Shown: positions 1 through 6,674 of the stretch, piece by piece | How positions within the stretch are numbered: position 1 is the stretch's first letter | How the letters are laid out: every line of letters begins with the position of its first letter | DNA from: Erysipelotrichaceae bacterium | GTDB lineage: Bacteria > Bacillota_I > Bacilli_A > Erysipelotrichales > Coprobacillaceae | DNA: 20,254 nt | NCBI GenBank assembly: GCA_028698185.1 | Contig: JAQVDW010000032.1 | Span: 1 to 20,254, forward strand | Direction: 5' to 3' | Made by a program: the position numbers and the translations under genes | Notes under the pieces: model-generated | What the model was told of the DNA's origin: nothing | The model's database searches: none | Seen by the model: only the letters and a program-made list of their open reading frames with translations

Positions 1-85
1 CACACCTGTTCCCATCCCGAACACAGAAGTTAAGCATCATAACGGCGAAGATAGTGCAATGTGCGACAATAGCAAGCTGCCAGTT
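1..85 (+). rRNA. rrf: 5S ribosomal RNA, 3' ~85 nt (5' end lies outside the window)
   Basis: The window opens with CACACCTGTTCCCATCCCGAACACAGAAGTTAAGC, the conserved core of bacterial 5S rRNA (B. subtilis: CACACCCGUUCCCAUACCGAACACGGAAGUUAAGC). It ends ...AGCAAGCTGCCAG (helix I 3' strand), with an intrinsic terminator a few nt downstream. The helix IV/loop D part looks about 9 nt shorter than in Bacillus. The 3' end was placed by eye (+/-3 nt). Confidence 0.9.
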
Positions 86-91
86 TGACAC

Positions 92-117
92 GAAGGACGG
101 AAGTCCTTCTTTTTTTT
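92..117 (+). terminator. Intrinsic terminator of the rRNA operon
   Basis: GAAGGAC (92-98) / GTCCTTC (103-109) form a 7-bp stem with a GGAA loop, followed by T8 (110-117). Confidence 0.85.
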
Positions 118-127
118 GCCTTCAAGG

Positions 128-157
128 CCAAAGAAAAGAACCGGCTGGCGCCGGTTC
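128..157 (-). terminator. Intrinsic terminator of the marR-MATE operon
   Basis: On the minus strand, GAACCGGC/GCCGGTTC form an 8-bp stem (138-145/150-157) with a 4-nt loop, followed by TTTTCTTTGG. Confidence 0.75.
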
Positions 158-272
158 AAGGAAGAGAGTTTTAATATATTATTTAGGGAGAGAGATAAGG
201 TTCAATCACCTTACAAGTCAAATATAAACCCTGGAGATGAACTCAATATTAAGTGATTGTGGTAAATTGACG

Positions 273-1622
273 TCATATGGTTTCCAGATTCTTGAATCTG
301 TTGAGAATGTCCTTAAGCAATGCGTAGCTTATGGCGATTGTCACCAGATCGGCCAATGGCAGGGAAATGAATATGCCCATGGTTCCAAGCAGTTTGGCGC
401 AAAGATAGACCAGGGGGATGACCGCGATTATTTTGATCAGACTCGTCAAAAGGGCCTGGCGAGCATATCCGATCGACTGAAACAATGATGAAGTGAGTAT
501 TGCAATCGGAAACAGCGGAATCATCACAATCACCAGGCGCAAAGGCAGCGTACCGGCTTGGACTAATTCGTTGTCGCTGGCAAAAAGGTAGAAGACCTGA
601 GGAGCGAAAACTTCCAGGATGACAAAAGAAGCAAGCCCGTAGAAAATCATGATCTTTATTGCAGTCGATATCGCTTTGTGGAGCCGGCCAAGATTTTTGG
701 CACCGTAGGCGTAGCCGATTATCGGCTGGGCACCCTGGCGGATTCCAATCATCGGCAAAACCATGAAGCTCGAAACCTTGTTGATTACCCCGTAGACGGA
801 AACCATGATGTCGCCGCCATAATAACCGAGCGAGTTGTTCAAAATCAAAGCAAGGATGCTGTTGCCGGCCTGGACGATGAAAGCTGATGATCCGATCGAT
901 ACGATGTCCCAGAACAGTTTCATCTGGAATCTTAGGTAACGCAGACTTAACGAGAAGATTGACTTGTGGCGCAAATAGTGCATTACCAGATAGATGGCGG
1001 CCATTACTTGGGAGATGACTGTGGCAATTGCCCCGCCTTCTATTCCCATGTTCAATTTGCTTATAAGCAGGTAATCGAGGATGATGTTGCCGACAGCCCC
1101 GATCAGGATACCATTCATTGAGGTTCTGGCCGCTCCTTCGGAGCGGATGATATTGTTGAGACAGATACCCATCATAAAGAACACAAATCCAGGAAAGATT
1201 ATCTTCATATAGGCATAGGCATAAGGAAAGATGGTTTCGCTTGCTCCGAAGGCGCGCAATATCGGATTGATGAAGATAGTTCCAACCAGGGCGTATCCCA
1301 GTGAAACTATCAGGCAGAAGGCGATTGTGGTAACAAGTGTCGTATTCGCTTTTTCCTTATGGTTCTTGCCTAGTTGCCGGGATATCAAAGAGGCACCGCC
1401 CATGCCAAACATCCCACCGATGCCAAGGGCGATGGTCTGCAAGGGGAAGGCGATCGAAAGCCCGGCAATGCCAAGTTGGCCTACATACTGGCCGATGAAG
1501 ATGGTGTCGATGATATTGTACAACGAATTGACCGCCATGGCGATTGTTGCCGGCAGTGAAAGGCTCAAAAGCGCTTTGCTGATCGGCTGGTTGGCCAATA
1601 CGTCGATATTCTTGTCATTCAT
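273..1622 (-). CDS. MATE family multidrug/toxic-compound efflux transporter
   Basis: About 450 aa polytopic membrane protein with the typical MatE N-terminus (NQPISKALLSLSLPATIAMAVNSLYNIIDTIFIG) and a 12-TM-like hydrophobic pattern. I prefer the ATG at 1622, which has GGAGGTG 7 nt upstream, over the track start at 1637. It overlaps the marR stop by 8 nt. Confidence 0.9.
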   Translation of the reverse strand: MNDKNIDVLANQPISKALLSLSLPATIAMAVNSLYNIIDTIFIGQYVGQLGIAGLSIAFPLQTIALGIGGMFGMGGASLISRQLGKNHKEKANTTLVTTIAFCLIVSLGYALVGTIFINPILRAFGASETIFPYAYAYMKIIFPGFVFFMMGICLNNIIRSEGAARTSMNGILIGAVGNIILDYLLISKLNMGIEGGAIATVISQVMAAIYLVMHYLRHKSIFSLSLRYLRFQMKLFWDIVSIGSSAFIVQAGNSILALILNNSLGYYGGDIMVSVYGVINKVSSFMVLPMIGIRQGAQPIIGYAYGAKNLGRLHKAISTAIKIMIFYGLASFVILEVFAPQVFYLFASDNELVQAGTLPLRLVIVMIPLFPIAILTSSLFQSIGYARQALLTSLIKIIAVIPLVYLCAKLLGTMGIFISLPLADLVTIAISYALLKDILNRFKNLETI

Positions 1623-2064
1623 GGTCGACACCTCCATCTTTGTTCATCGCAATCGAATACTCCAGCAGAGCGTTGGTCATATCGTAAAGCTGCTCGTACT
1701 GTTCTTTGGTGAAGCAGGATTTGATCCCGTTATTGTACTCATCTATCAATCCGATTATCTTCGAACGGACCGTGATTCCAGCAGGTGTCAAGGAAATCCG
1801 GAATTCCCTTTTATCATCTAGATTCCTCACCTTAACGAGATAACCCTTATCGACCAGGGTGTTGATGGTCCGGGTTCCCAGGGCGGGGTCGACGATGATT
1901 ATTTCGCATAGCTTTTTGGCGGTAATGTCGCCGTCCACCGGAGTGTTTGTAAGAAAGAAATACTCCGAGGTAGTGATATTGACACATTTGAGTTTCGATG
2001 CCAGCCACATTTTATAATGGCGTGACGTTATGTTGATGCATTTTAAAATCGGATATGATGACAT
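1615..2064 (-). CDS. MarR family transcriptional regulator
   Basis: 149 aa winged-HTH protein with a MarR wing motif (NLDDKREFRISLTPAG). AAGGAGG lies 4 nt upstream of the ATG. It is translationally coupled to the MATE gene. Confidence 0.9.
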   Translation of the reverse strand: MSSYPILKCINITSRHYKMWLASKLKCVNITTSEYFFLTNTPVDGDITAKKLCEIIIVDPALGTRTINTLVDKGYLVKVRNLDDKREFRISLTPAGITVRSKIIGLIDEYNNGIKSCFTKEQYEQLYDMTNALLEYSIAMNKDGGVDHE

Positions 2065-2077
2065 AAGACCTCCTTAA

Positions 2078-2125
2078 ATAGTTGACTTGTCAATTATAAC
2101 AAAAAACGATTGACAAGTCAACTAT
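2078..2125. promoter_or_regulatory. Perfect 17-bp inverted repeat (probable MarR operator pair) in the divergent intergenic region
   Basis: ATAGTTGACTTGTCAAT (2078-2094) and its exact reverse complement ATTGACAAGTCAACTAT (2109-2125) are separated by 14 bp. Each arm itself contains a near-palindrome, TTGAC-NN-GTCAA. Confidence 0.75.
2093..2121 (-). promoter_or_regulatory. Sigma-A type promoter of the marR-MATE operon
   Basis: Minus strand: TTGACT (2121-2116), 17-nt spacer, TGtTATAAT (extended -10, hexamer 2098-2093). Both the -35 and the start region lie inside the operator arms. Confidence 0.7.
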
Positions 2126-2136
2126 ATGAAAGGGCT

Positions 2137-2164
2137 TTGAATATTCTGGGTGATGTGGTATCAT
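2137..2164 (+). promoter_or_regulatory. Candidate promoter of the aldo/keto reductase gene
   Basis: TTGAAT (2137-2142), 16-nt spacer, TGgTATCAT (hexamer 2159-2164), located just downstream of the right operator arm. Confidence 0.5.
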
Positions 2165-2190
2165 TTAGAAAGAGTCATAAAGGAGATCAT

Positions 2191-3102
2191 ATGGAATATA
2201 CACAAATTGGCGAATTGACAGTTTCGAATCTGGCACTGGGATGCATGAGGATTGGGAACAAAAGTGAAGAAGAAGTTTATCAATTGATATTGGCGGCCCT
2301 TGATGCGGGCATCAACCTGTTTGACCATGCGGATATCTATTACGGTGGAAAAAGCGAAAAGGTCTTTGGCCAAGTCCTGGCAAACCATCCGGAATTGCGG
2401 GAGAAGATCGTGATCCAGACCAAGTGCGGAATTGTGCCGGGTGTCTGCTTCGATCTTTCAAAGGAACACATCCTAAAAAGCGTCGATGATTCTTTGAAAA
2501 GATTGAATGTCGACTGCATCGATATCCTGTTGCTTCATCGGATGGATCCGCTAATGGACATCAACGAGGTCAAAGAGGCATTCGACGAACTTAAGGCAGG
2601 CAACAAGGTCAAATATTTCGGACTTTCAAACGCGTTGCCATCACAGTTCGAACTTCTTTCAAGCGTGCTCAATGTGCCACTGATGGTCAACCAGGTGGAA
2701 TTCTCGCCGGCCCACACCAACCTCATCGACCAAGGAATATTCATGAACATCAAGACGCCTCTGGCAACAAGCACAGATGGTAACCTGATCGACTATGCGA
2801 TGATGAAGAAGATCAGCATCCAGGCGTGGTCGCCGATCCGGGAATCGCTTGCTCATGATACCTTCCTTGATAATCAAGATTACGCCAAGCTCAATGAGGT
2901 TCTAGATGAGCTTTCGCAAAAGTACCAGGTATCCAAAGGGGCTATTGTGGTGGCGTGGATCAAGACCCATCCGGCCAAGATCACTACGGTCATCGGCACA
3001 ACCACACCTGTTAGGATCGCAAAGATGGCTGCCGGTATGGCGGTGAACCTAACCAGACAGGAATGGTATTCCATTTACACCTGGGACAAGAAGTTGCCAT
3101 AA
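2191..3102 (+). CDS. Aldo/keto reductase family oxidoreductase (E. coli YdhF-like)
   Basis: AKR motifs are present: LFDHADIYYGG, LLLHRMDPLMD, KYFGLSN, VNQVEFSP. The real start is the ATG at 2191 (MEYTQIG...) with AGGAG at 2181-2185. The track's TTG start at 2110 lies inside the operator. Confidence 0.9.
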   Translation: MEYTQIGELTVSNLALGCMRIGNKSEEEVYQLILAALDAGINLFDHADIYYGGKSEKVFGQVLANHPELREKIVIQTKCGIVPGVCFDLSKEHILKSVDDSLKRLNVDCIDILLLHRMDPLMDINEVKEAFDELKAGNKVKYFGLSNALPSQFELLSSVLNVPLMVNQVEFSPAHTNLIDQGIFMNIKTPLATSTDGNLIDYAMMKKISIQAWSPIRESLAHDTFLDNQDYAKLNEVLDELSQKYQVSKGAIVVAWIKTHPAKITTVIGTTTPVRIAKMAAGMAVNLTRQEWYSIYTWDKKLP

Positions 3103-3119
3103 GGGAAAGCAAACCAAAT

Positions 3120-3143
3120 AGTCGGAGCAATCCGGCTTTTTTT
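3120..3143 (+). terminator. Intrinsic terminator after the AKR gene
   Basis: AGTCGGA / TCCGGCT form a 7-bp stem (one G-U pair) with a GCAA loop, followed by T7. Confidence 0.65.
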
Positions 3144-3220
3144 GCAAGCCCTTACCAAAAAAAGCTAGTGCAACAACCCCAAAAATGTAGTATAATGGCT
3201 TCAATTTAGAGGTGAATATA

Positions 3221-3580
3221 ATGAAGATATTGAAACAGATTGCGGTTGTGTTTTTTATTTGTCTGTTGGGGGAGGTTATCGCCCAGATCATTCCGGTGAA
3301 CTTTCCTTCCAGCGTGCTTTCAATGGTCCTGCTTCTTGCGGCTTTGTTGCTTGGAATAATCAGAATCGAACATGTCCAAGAGAAGGCGAACTTCCTGTTG
3401 GACAATATGGCATTTTTCTTTATCCCTGCCGGGGTTAGCATCATTGAAAATTTCAACTACCTGAAAAATGCCATTGTTCCGTTTGTGTTGATTTGCTTTA
3501 TTTCGATGATTGTCACATTTGTGGCGACAGCTTACAGTGTGACCTTGGTCATGCGACTTCTAGGAGGCCAAAATGATTGA
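3221..3580 (+). CDS. lrgA: CidA/LrgA family holin-like membrane protein
   Basis: About 119 aa protein with 4 TM segments and a typical LrgA N-terminus (MKILKQIAVVFFICLLGEVI). AGAGGTG lies 6 nt upstream of the ATG at 3221. The gene overlaps lrgB by 8 nt. A TATAAT at 3191-3196 is a possible -10. Confidence 0.85.
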   Translation: MKILKQIAVVFFICLLGEVIAQIIPVNFPSSVLSMVLLLAALLLGIIRIEHVQEKANFLLDNMAFFFIPAGVSIIENFNYLKNAIVPFVLICFISMIVTFVATAYSVTLVMRLLGGQND

Positions 3581-4259
3581 TTTGACAGCGGTGTACGCTT
3601 CACCATTTTTTTCCATCACTATTTCCATCACCGCCTATGTGCTAGGACATCTGATCTATCAGAAAGTCAAAAGCCCGGTAGCCAACCCGCTGCTTATCGC
3701 CATCTTGCTGGTTATCGCCGTTTTAAAGGGTCTCGGGATTCCTTTTGAAGTTTACCGCAACGGCGGGGATTTCATTTCCCTGTTCCTGGCACCGGCGACT
3801 GCGGCTTTGGCCTTGACAATATATTCCAAGATTACCATATTGAAGAAGAACATCATTCCGGTCATTGTCGGCAGCGCCATCGGATCGGTTGTATCCATGG
3901 TTTGCGTCTACCTGTTGTGCAAGTTGTTCAATCTCGATGCGACACTTACAGCCTCACTCCTGCCCAAATCGGTGACGACCCCGATTGCGATGGGCATCTC
4001 AACATCCCTGGGCGGTATTGCACCGGTAACGGTTGCGGCTGTGGTAATGACGGGAATCATGGGATCGGTTTTTGCGCCCCTGATGATAAAAATATTCAAG
4101 GTGACCAATCCCGTGGCTGTCGGATTGGCTATCGGTGCCTGTTCCCATGCGGTCGGGACTTCGCGGGCCCTGCAAATCGGCGAACTTGAAGGCGCGATGA
4201 GCGGGGTTGCAATTGGAGTCTGCGGCTTGATGACGGTGATTTTCGCGATGTTCATCTGA
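3573..4259 (+). CDS. lrgB: LrgB/CidB family membrane protein
   Basis: 228 aa polytopic protein with LrgB-like motifs (LLPKSVTTPIAMGIS, GACSHAVGTSRA). It shows the canonical lrgA-lrgB overlap. Confidence 0.9.
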   Translation: MIDLTAVYASPFFSITISITAYVLGHLIYQKVKSPVANPLLIAILLVIAVLKGLGIPFEVYRNGGDFISLFLAPATAALALTIYSKITILKKNIIPVIVGSAIGSVVSMVCVYLLCKLFNLDATLTASLLPKSVTTPIAMGISTSLGGIAPVTVAAVVMTGIMGSVFAPLMIKIFKVTNPVAVGLAIGACSHAVGTSRALQIGELEGAMSGVAIGVCGLMTVIFAMFI

Positions 4260-4302
4260 CGGTAAAATCGGATGTTACAAGTAATCCTTGAAGGAGACTA
4301 AT

Positions 4303-6102
4303 ATGCAGAAAAAATATTTGCGCCTGTTGAAAAAACAATTCGCTTCCAAACAGGCAATCTATACGGAATTGATCAATCTCGAGGCGATCCTCAATCTGCC
4401 AAAGCCGACCGAACACTACCTATCGGATCTCCATGGCGAGTTCGGGGCGTTCAACCACATCCTCAACAACTGCTCCGGGGTAATCAAAGACAAGATCGAC
4501 CTCTATTTTCCGGAAATCCCGCTGGCCAGACGCCAGGATCTGGCGACGTTGATCTATTATCCCGCAGCCAAACTCGACACCATGGATCTAAGCGACGAAG
4601 ATTACTTCGACATCTTGACGACCCTGATCGTTTTTGTGAAAAATGTTTCTTCGAAATACACCCGGTCCAAGGTCAAAAAGGCGCTTCCCAACGAATATGC
4701 CTACATTATCGACGAATTGCTCCACATGGTCGAGGACGAGGACAACAACCAGAAAAAATACCATCTCGAGATCCTCAACACCATCATCAAATACCAGAAC
4801 GCCGACCAGTTCATCATCGCCATATGCGATTTGATCAAGGTGCTTGCGGTCGACAAGATCCATATTCTCGGAGATATTTTCGACCGGGGCCGTCAGCCCC
4901 ACCGAATTGTCGACGCATTGATCGACTATCATAAGGTTGACATCCAATGGGGCAATCATGATGTCCTGTGGATGGGCGCGAAGATGGGCAATGAGGCCTG
5001 TATCCTCAACGTGGTTCGAAACTGCCTGCGCTATGGCAACCTGGACATCCTTGAGCGGGTTTATGGCATACCATTGCGGGATCTTGAAAACTATGCCTAC
5101 AGTCTCAATTATCAGGACACTACCGAAGGCATGATTGTCATTGTCAATAAGATGGTGATCAAGGCCGAAGCCCAGCTGATCTTGAAGCATCCTGAATATT
5201 CCAATGAGCAGCGCCATCTAGGATACAAGATGAAATGCTACGAGGAGAAAATAAAACCGGAATACCAGGACCTCAAGGTCGCCTACGACAAGAAGGAGCT
5301 GGTTATTCTGGAAAATCTGAAGGAAGCTTTCCTGGATTCCAAAGAGCTAAAGCGCCATGTCGATTTCCTTTTCGAAGTCGGTTCGATGTACAAGATTGCC
5401 AACAACAATCTCCTGATCCATGGGTGTATCCCGACCAATGAGGACGGGAGTTTCGCCTATTTCGAAGCAAACGGAAAGAAATATTCGGGCAAAGCCCTGC
5501 TCGACTATTTCGAGGAGATGGCCCGGTCTGGCTACTATCAAAACGACGCTGCGGGGATTGACATGATGTGGTATCTGTGGTGTGGTTATTATTCGCCTTT
5601 GTACGGCCGGCACAACAAGCTGTTCGAGCGGATCTGTCTCGACGATGAACAAAGCCACATCGAAAAACGCAATCATTACTATGACTTCATCGAAAACGAA
5701 GATTACCTGAGGATGGTATTTGACCAGTTCGGGCTAAGCGACGATTTTCCCCACATAATCAACGGCCACACACCGGTGCTAGTGAAAAAAGGAGAACAGC
5801 CGATCAAGGCCAACGGCAAGGTCATAATCATCGATGGCGGACTTTCCCAGGCCTATCAAAAGGCGACCGGCATTGCTGGCTACACTCTGATCTACACTTC
5901 GCATATGATGAAAATCAAGTCACATTCACCGTTTCTAGGTATCGAGGATGCCATCGAAAACAACGGCGACATCACTTCACAGACCGACTTCACACTGTCA
6001 AGGCCAAGCCGGATATTTATCAGCGGCACCGACGATGGCCTGGCGATCAAGGAAAAGATTGCCGACTTGCAGTTGTTGCTGCACTATTACCATCTGTTGT
6101 AG
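4303..6102 (+). CDS. fbp: Fructose-1,6-bisphosphatase, class 3 (Firmicute Fbp/YydE type)
   Basis: Collinear with my recollection of B. subtilis Fbp: NLEAILNLPKPTEHYLSDLHGEF, SKYTRSKVKKALP, GDIFDRGRQP, DIQWGNHDVLWMGA, IINGHTPV, TGIAGYTLIY. The start is the ATG at 4303, with GAAGGAG upstream. Confidence 0.95.
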   Translation: MQKKYLRLLKKQFASKQAIYTELINLEAILNLPKPTEHYLSDLHGEFGAFNHILNNCSGVIKDKIDLYFPEIPLARRQDLATLIYYPAAKLDTMDLSDEDYFDILTTLIVFVKNVSSKYTRSKVKKALPNEYAYIIDELLHMVEDEDNNQKKYHLEILNTIIKYQNADQFIIAICDLIKVLAVDKIHILGDIFDRGRQPHRIVDALIDYHKVDIQWGNHDVLWMGAKMGNEACILNVVRNCLRYGNLDILERVYGIPLRDLENYAYSLNYQDTTEGMIVIVNKMVIKAEAQLILKHPEYSNEQRHLGYKMKCYEEKIKPEYQDLKVAYDKKELVILENLKEAFLDSKELKRHVDFLFEVGSMYKIANNNLLIHGCIPTNEDGSFAYFEANGKKYSGKALLDYFEEMARSGYYQNDAAGIDMMWYLWCGYYSPLYGRHNKLFERICLDDEQSHIEKRNHYYDFIENEDYLRMVFDQFGLSDDFPHIINGHTPVLVKKGEQPIKANGKVIIIDGGLSQAYQKATGIAGYTLIYTSHMMKIKSHSPFLGIEDAIENNGDITSQTDFTLSRPSRIFISGTDDGLAIKEKIADLQLLLHYYHLL

Positions 6103-6128
6103 ACAACCTTGTCAAGAGGTTGTTTTTC
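6103..6128 (+). terminator. Intrinsic terminator after fbp
   Basis: ACAACCT (6103-6109) / AGGTTGT (6117-6123) form a stem, followed by TTTTT. Confidence 0.8.
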
Positions 6129-6135
6129 ATTTTGG

Positions 6136-6163
6136 TTGCAATATCATAGGATAATGGTATAAT
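6136..6163 (+). promoter_or_regulatory. Promoter of the marR-like/lon unit
   Basis: TTGCAA (6136-6141), 16-nt spacer, TGgTATAAT (hexamer 6158-6163). Confidence 0.65.
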
Positions 6164-6202
6164 GGTTAGGTGGAATCTAACTAAAAAGCATGGGGGTATA
6201 TT

Positions 6203-6616
6203 ATGGGTAATAAGGATAAGTTGATCGTTGCCTTCGCTCACTTGATGGAACTTCAAGGCAGTTGCAGTTATGAGACTATGAGCACTTTGAATATTGCCGA
6301 CCTGACGATCAAGCAGATCGAGTACATCACTATGATGGACAAGATCGAGTGCCTGACAACTTCTTCCTTGGCCAGGGAACTGAATTTGTCGAAGCCGACC
6401 GTGACGGAGATGGTCAAAAAGTTCATCTATTTGGATTGCGTCTACAAGGTCCAATGTTCAAAAGACAAACGGGTAAGCTATATCCGTCTGACCCCGAAGG
6501 GCAAAACAATTGCCAACATCGAGCGGGTCAAGATGGAAAAGCTGATCGAGCTGATGATCGGCAGTCTCGAAGAAGCCGACATCGAAACATTGGTGCGCAT
6601 ATTGAATAAAATTTGA
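6203..6616 (+). CDS. MarR-type winged-helix transcriptional regulator
   Basis: 137 aa protein with an HTH (TSSLARELNLSKPTVTEMVKK) and a wing (SKDKRVSYIRLTPKG). No terminator separates it from lon (58-nt gap). Confidence 0.8.
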   Translation: MGNKDKLIVAFAHLMELQGSCSYETMSTLNIADLTIKQIEYITMMDKIECLTTSSLARELNLSKPTVTEMVKKFIYLDCVYKVQCSKDKRVSYIRLTPKGKTIANIERVKMEKLIELMIGSLEEADIETLVRILNKI

Positions 6617-6674
6617 AGATTTTATTCATGTGATTAGTTAGGTAAAACAAAACTAACAACAGGAGGAATAGGTT

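Noticed and set aside
237-488. 83-aa plus-strand ORF downstream of the 5S rRNA
   Set aside because: It overlaps the 3' end of the MATE gene on the opposite strand. The only SD-like sequence (GGAG) abuts the ATG with no spacer, and there is no recognisable domain.
1231-1821. 196-aa plus-strand ORF, and similar long antisense ORFs (4588-5217 minus, 10304-10810 minus, 12137-12739 minus, 13969-14613 minus, 17582-18115 plus)
   Set aside because: Each lies fully inside, and antisense to, a gene with strong family motifs (MATE, fbp, speA, speE/CASDH, nspC, anSME). They lack an RBS, have low-complexity or odd composition, and show no family resemblance. They are typical shadow frames of this codon usage.
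2110-2190. N-terminal extensions proposed by the ORF track (2110, 4288, 10109, 13633, 14803, 15519 on plus; 1637, 18493, 19298 on minus)
   Set aside because: In every case an internal ATG or TTG with a well-spaced GGAGG-type SD gives an N-terminus matching the protein family. The extensions run through operators, terminators or the preceding gene.
3221-4259. lrgA/lrgB as a prophage holin/lysis cassette
   Set aside because: There is no endolysin, no phage structural gene and no integrase anywhere in the window. The pair has the standard chromosomal LrgA/LrgB architecture.
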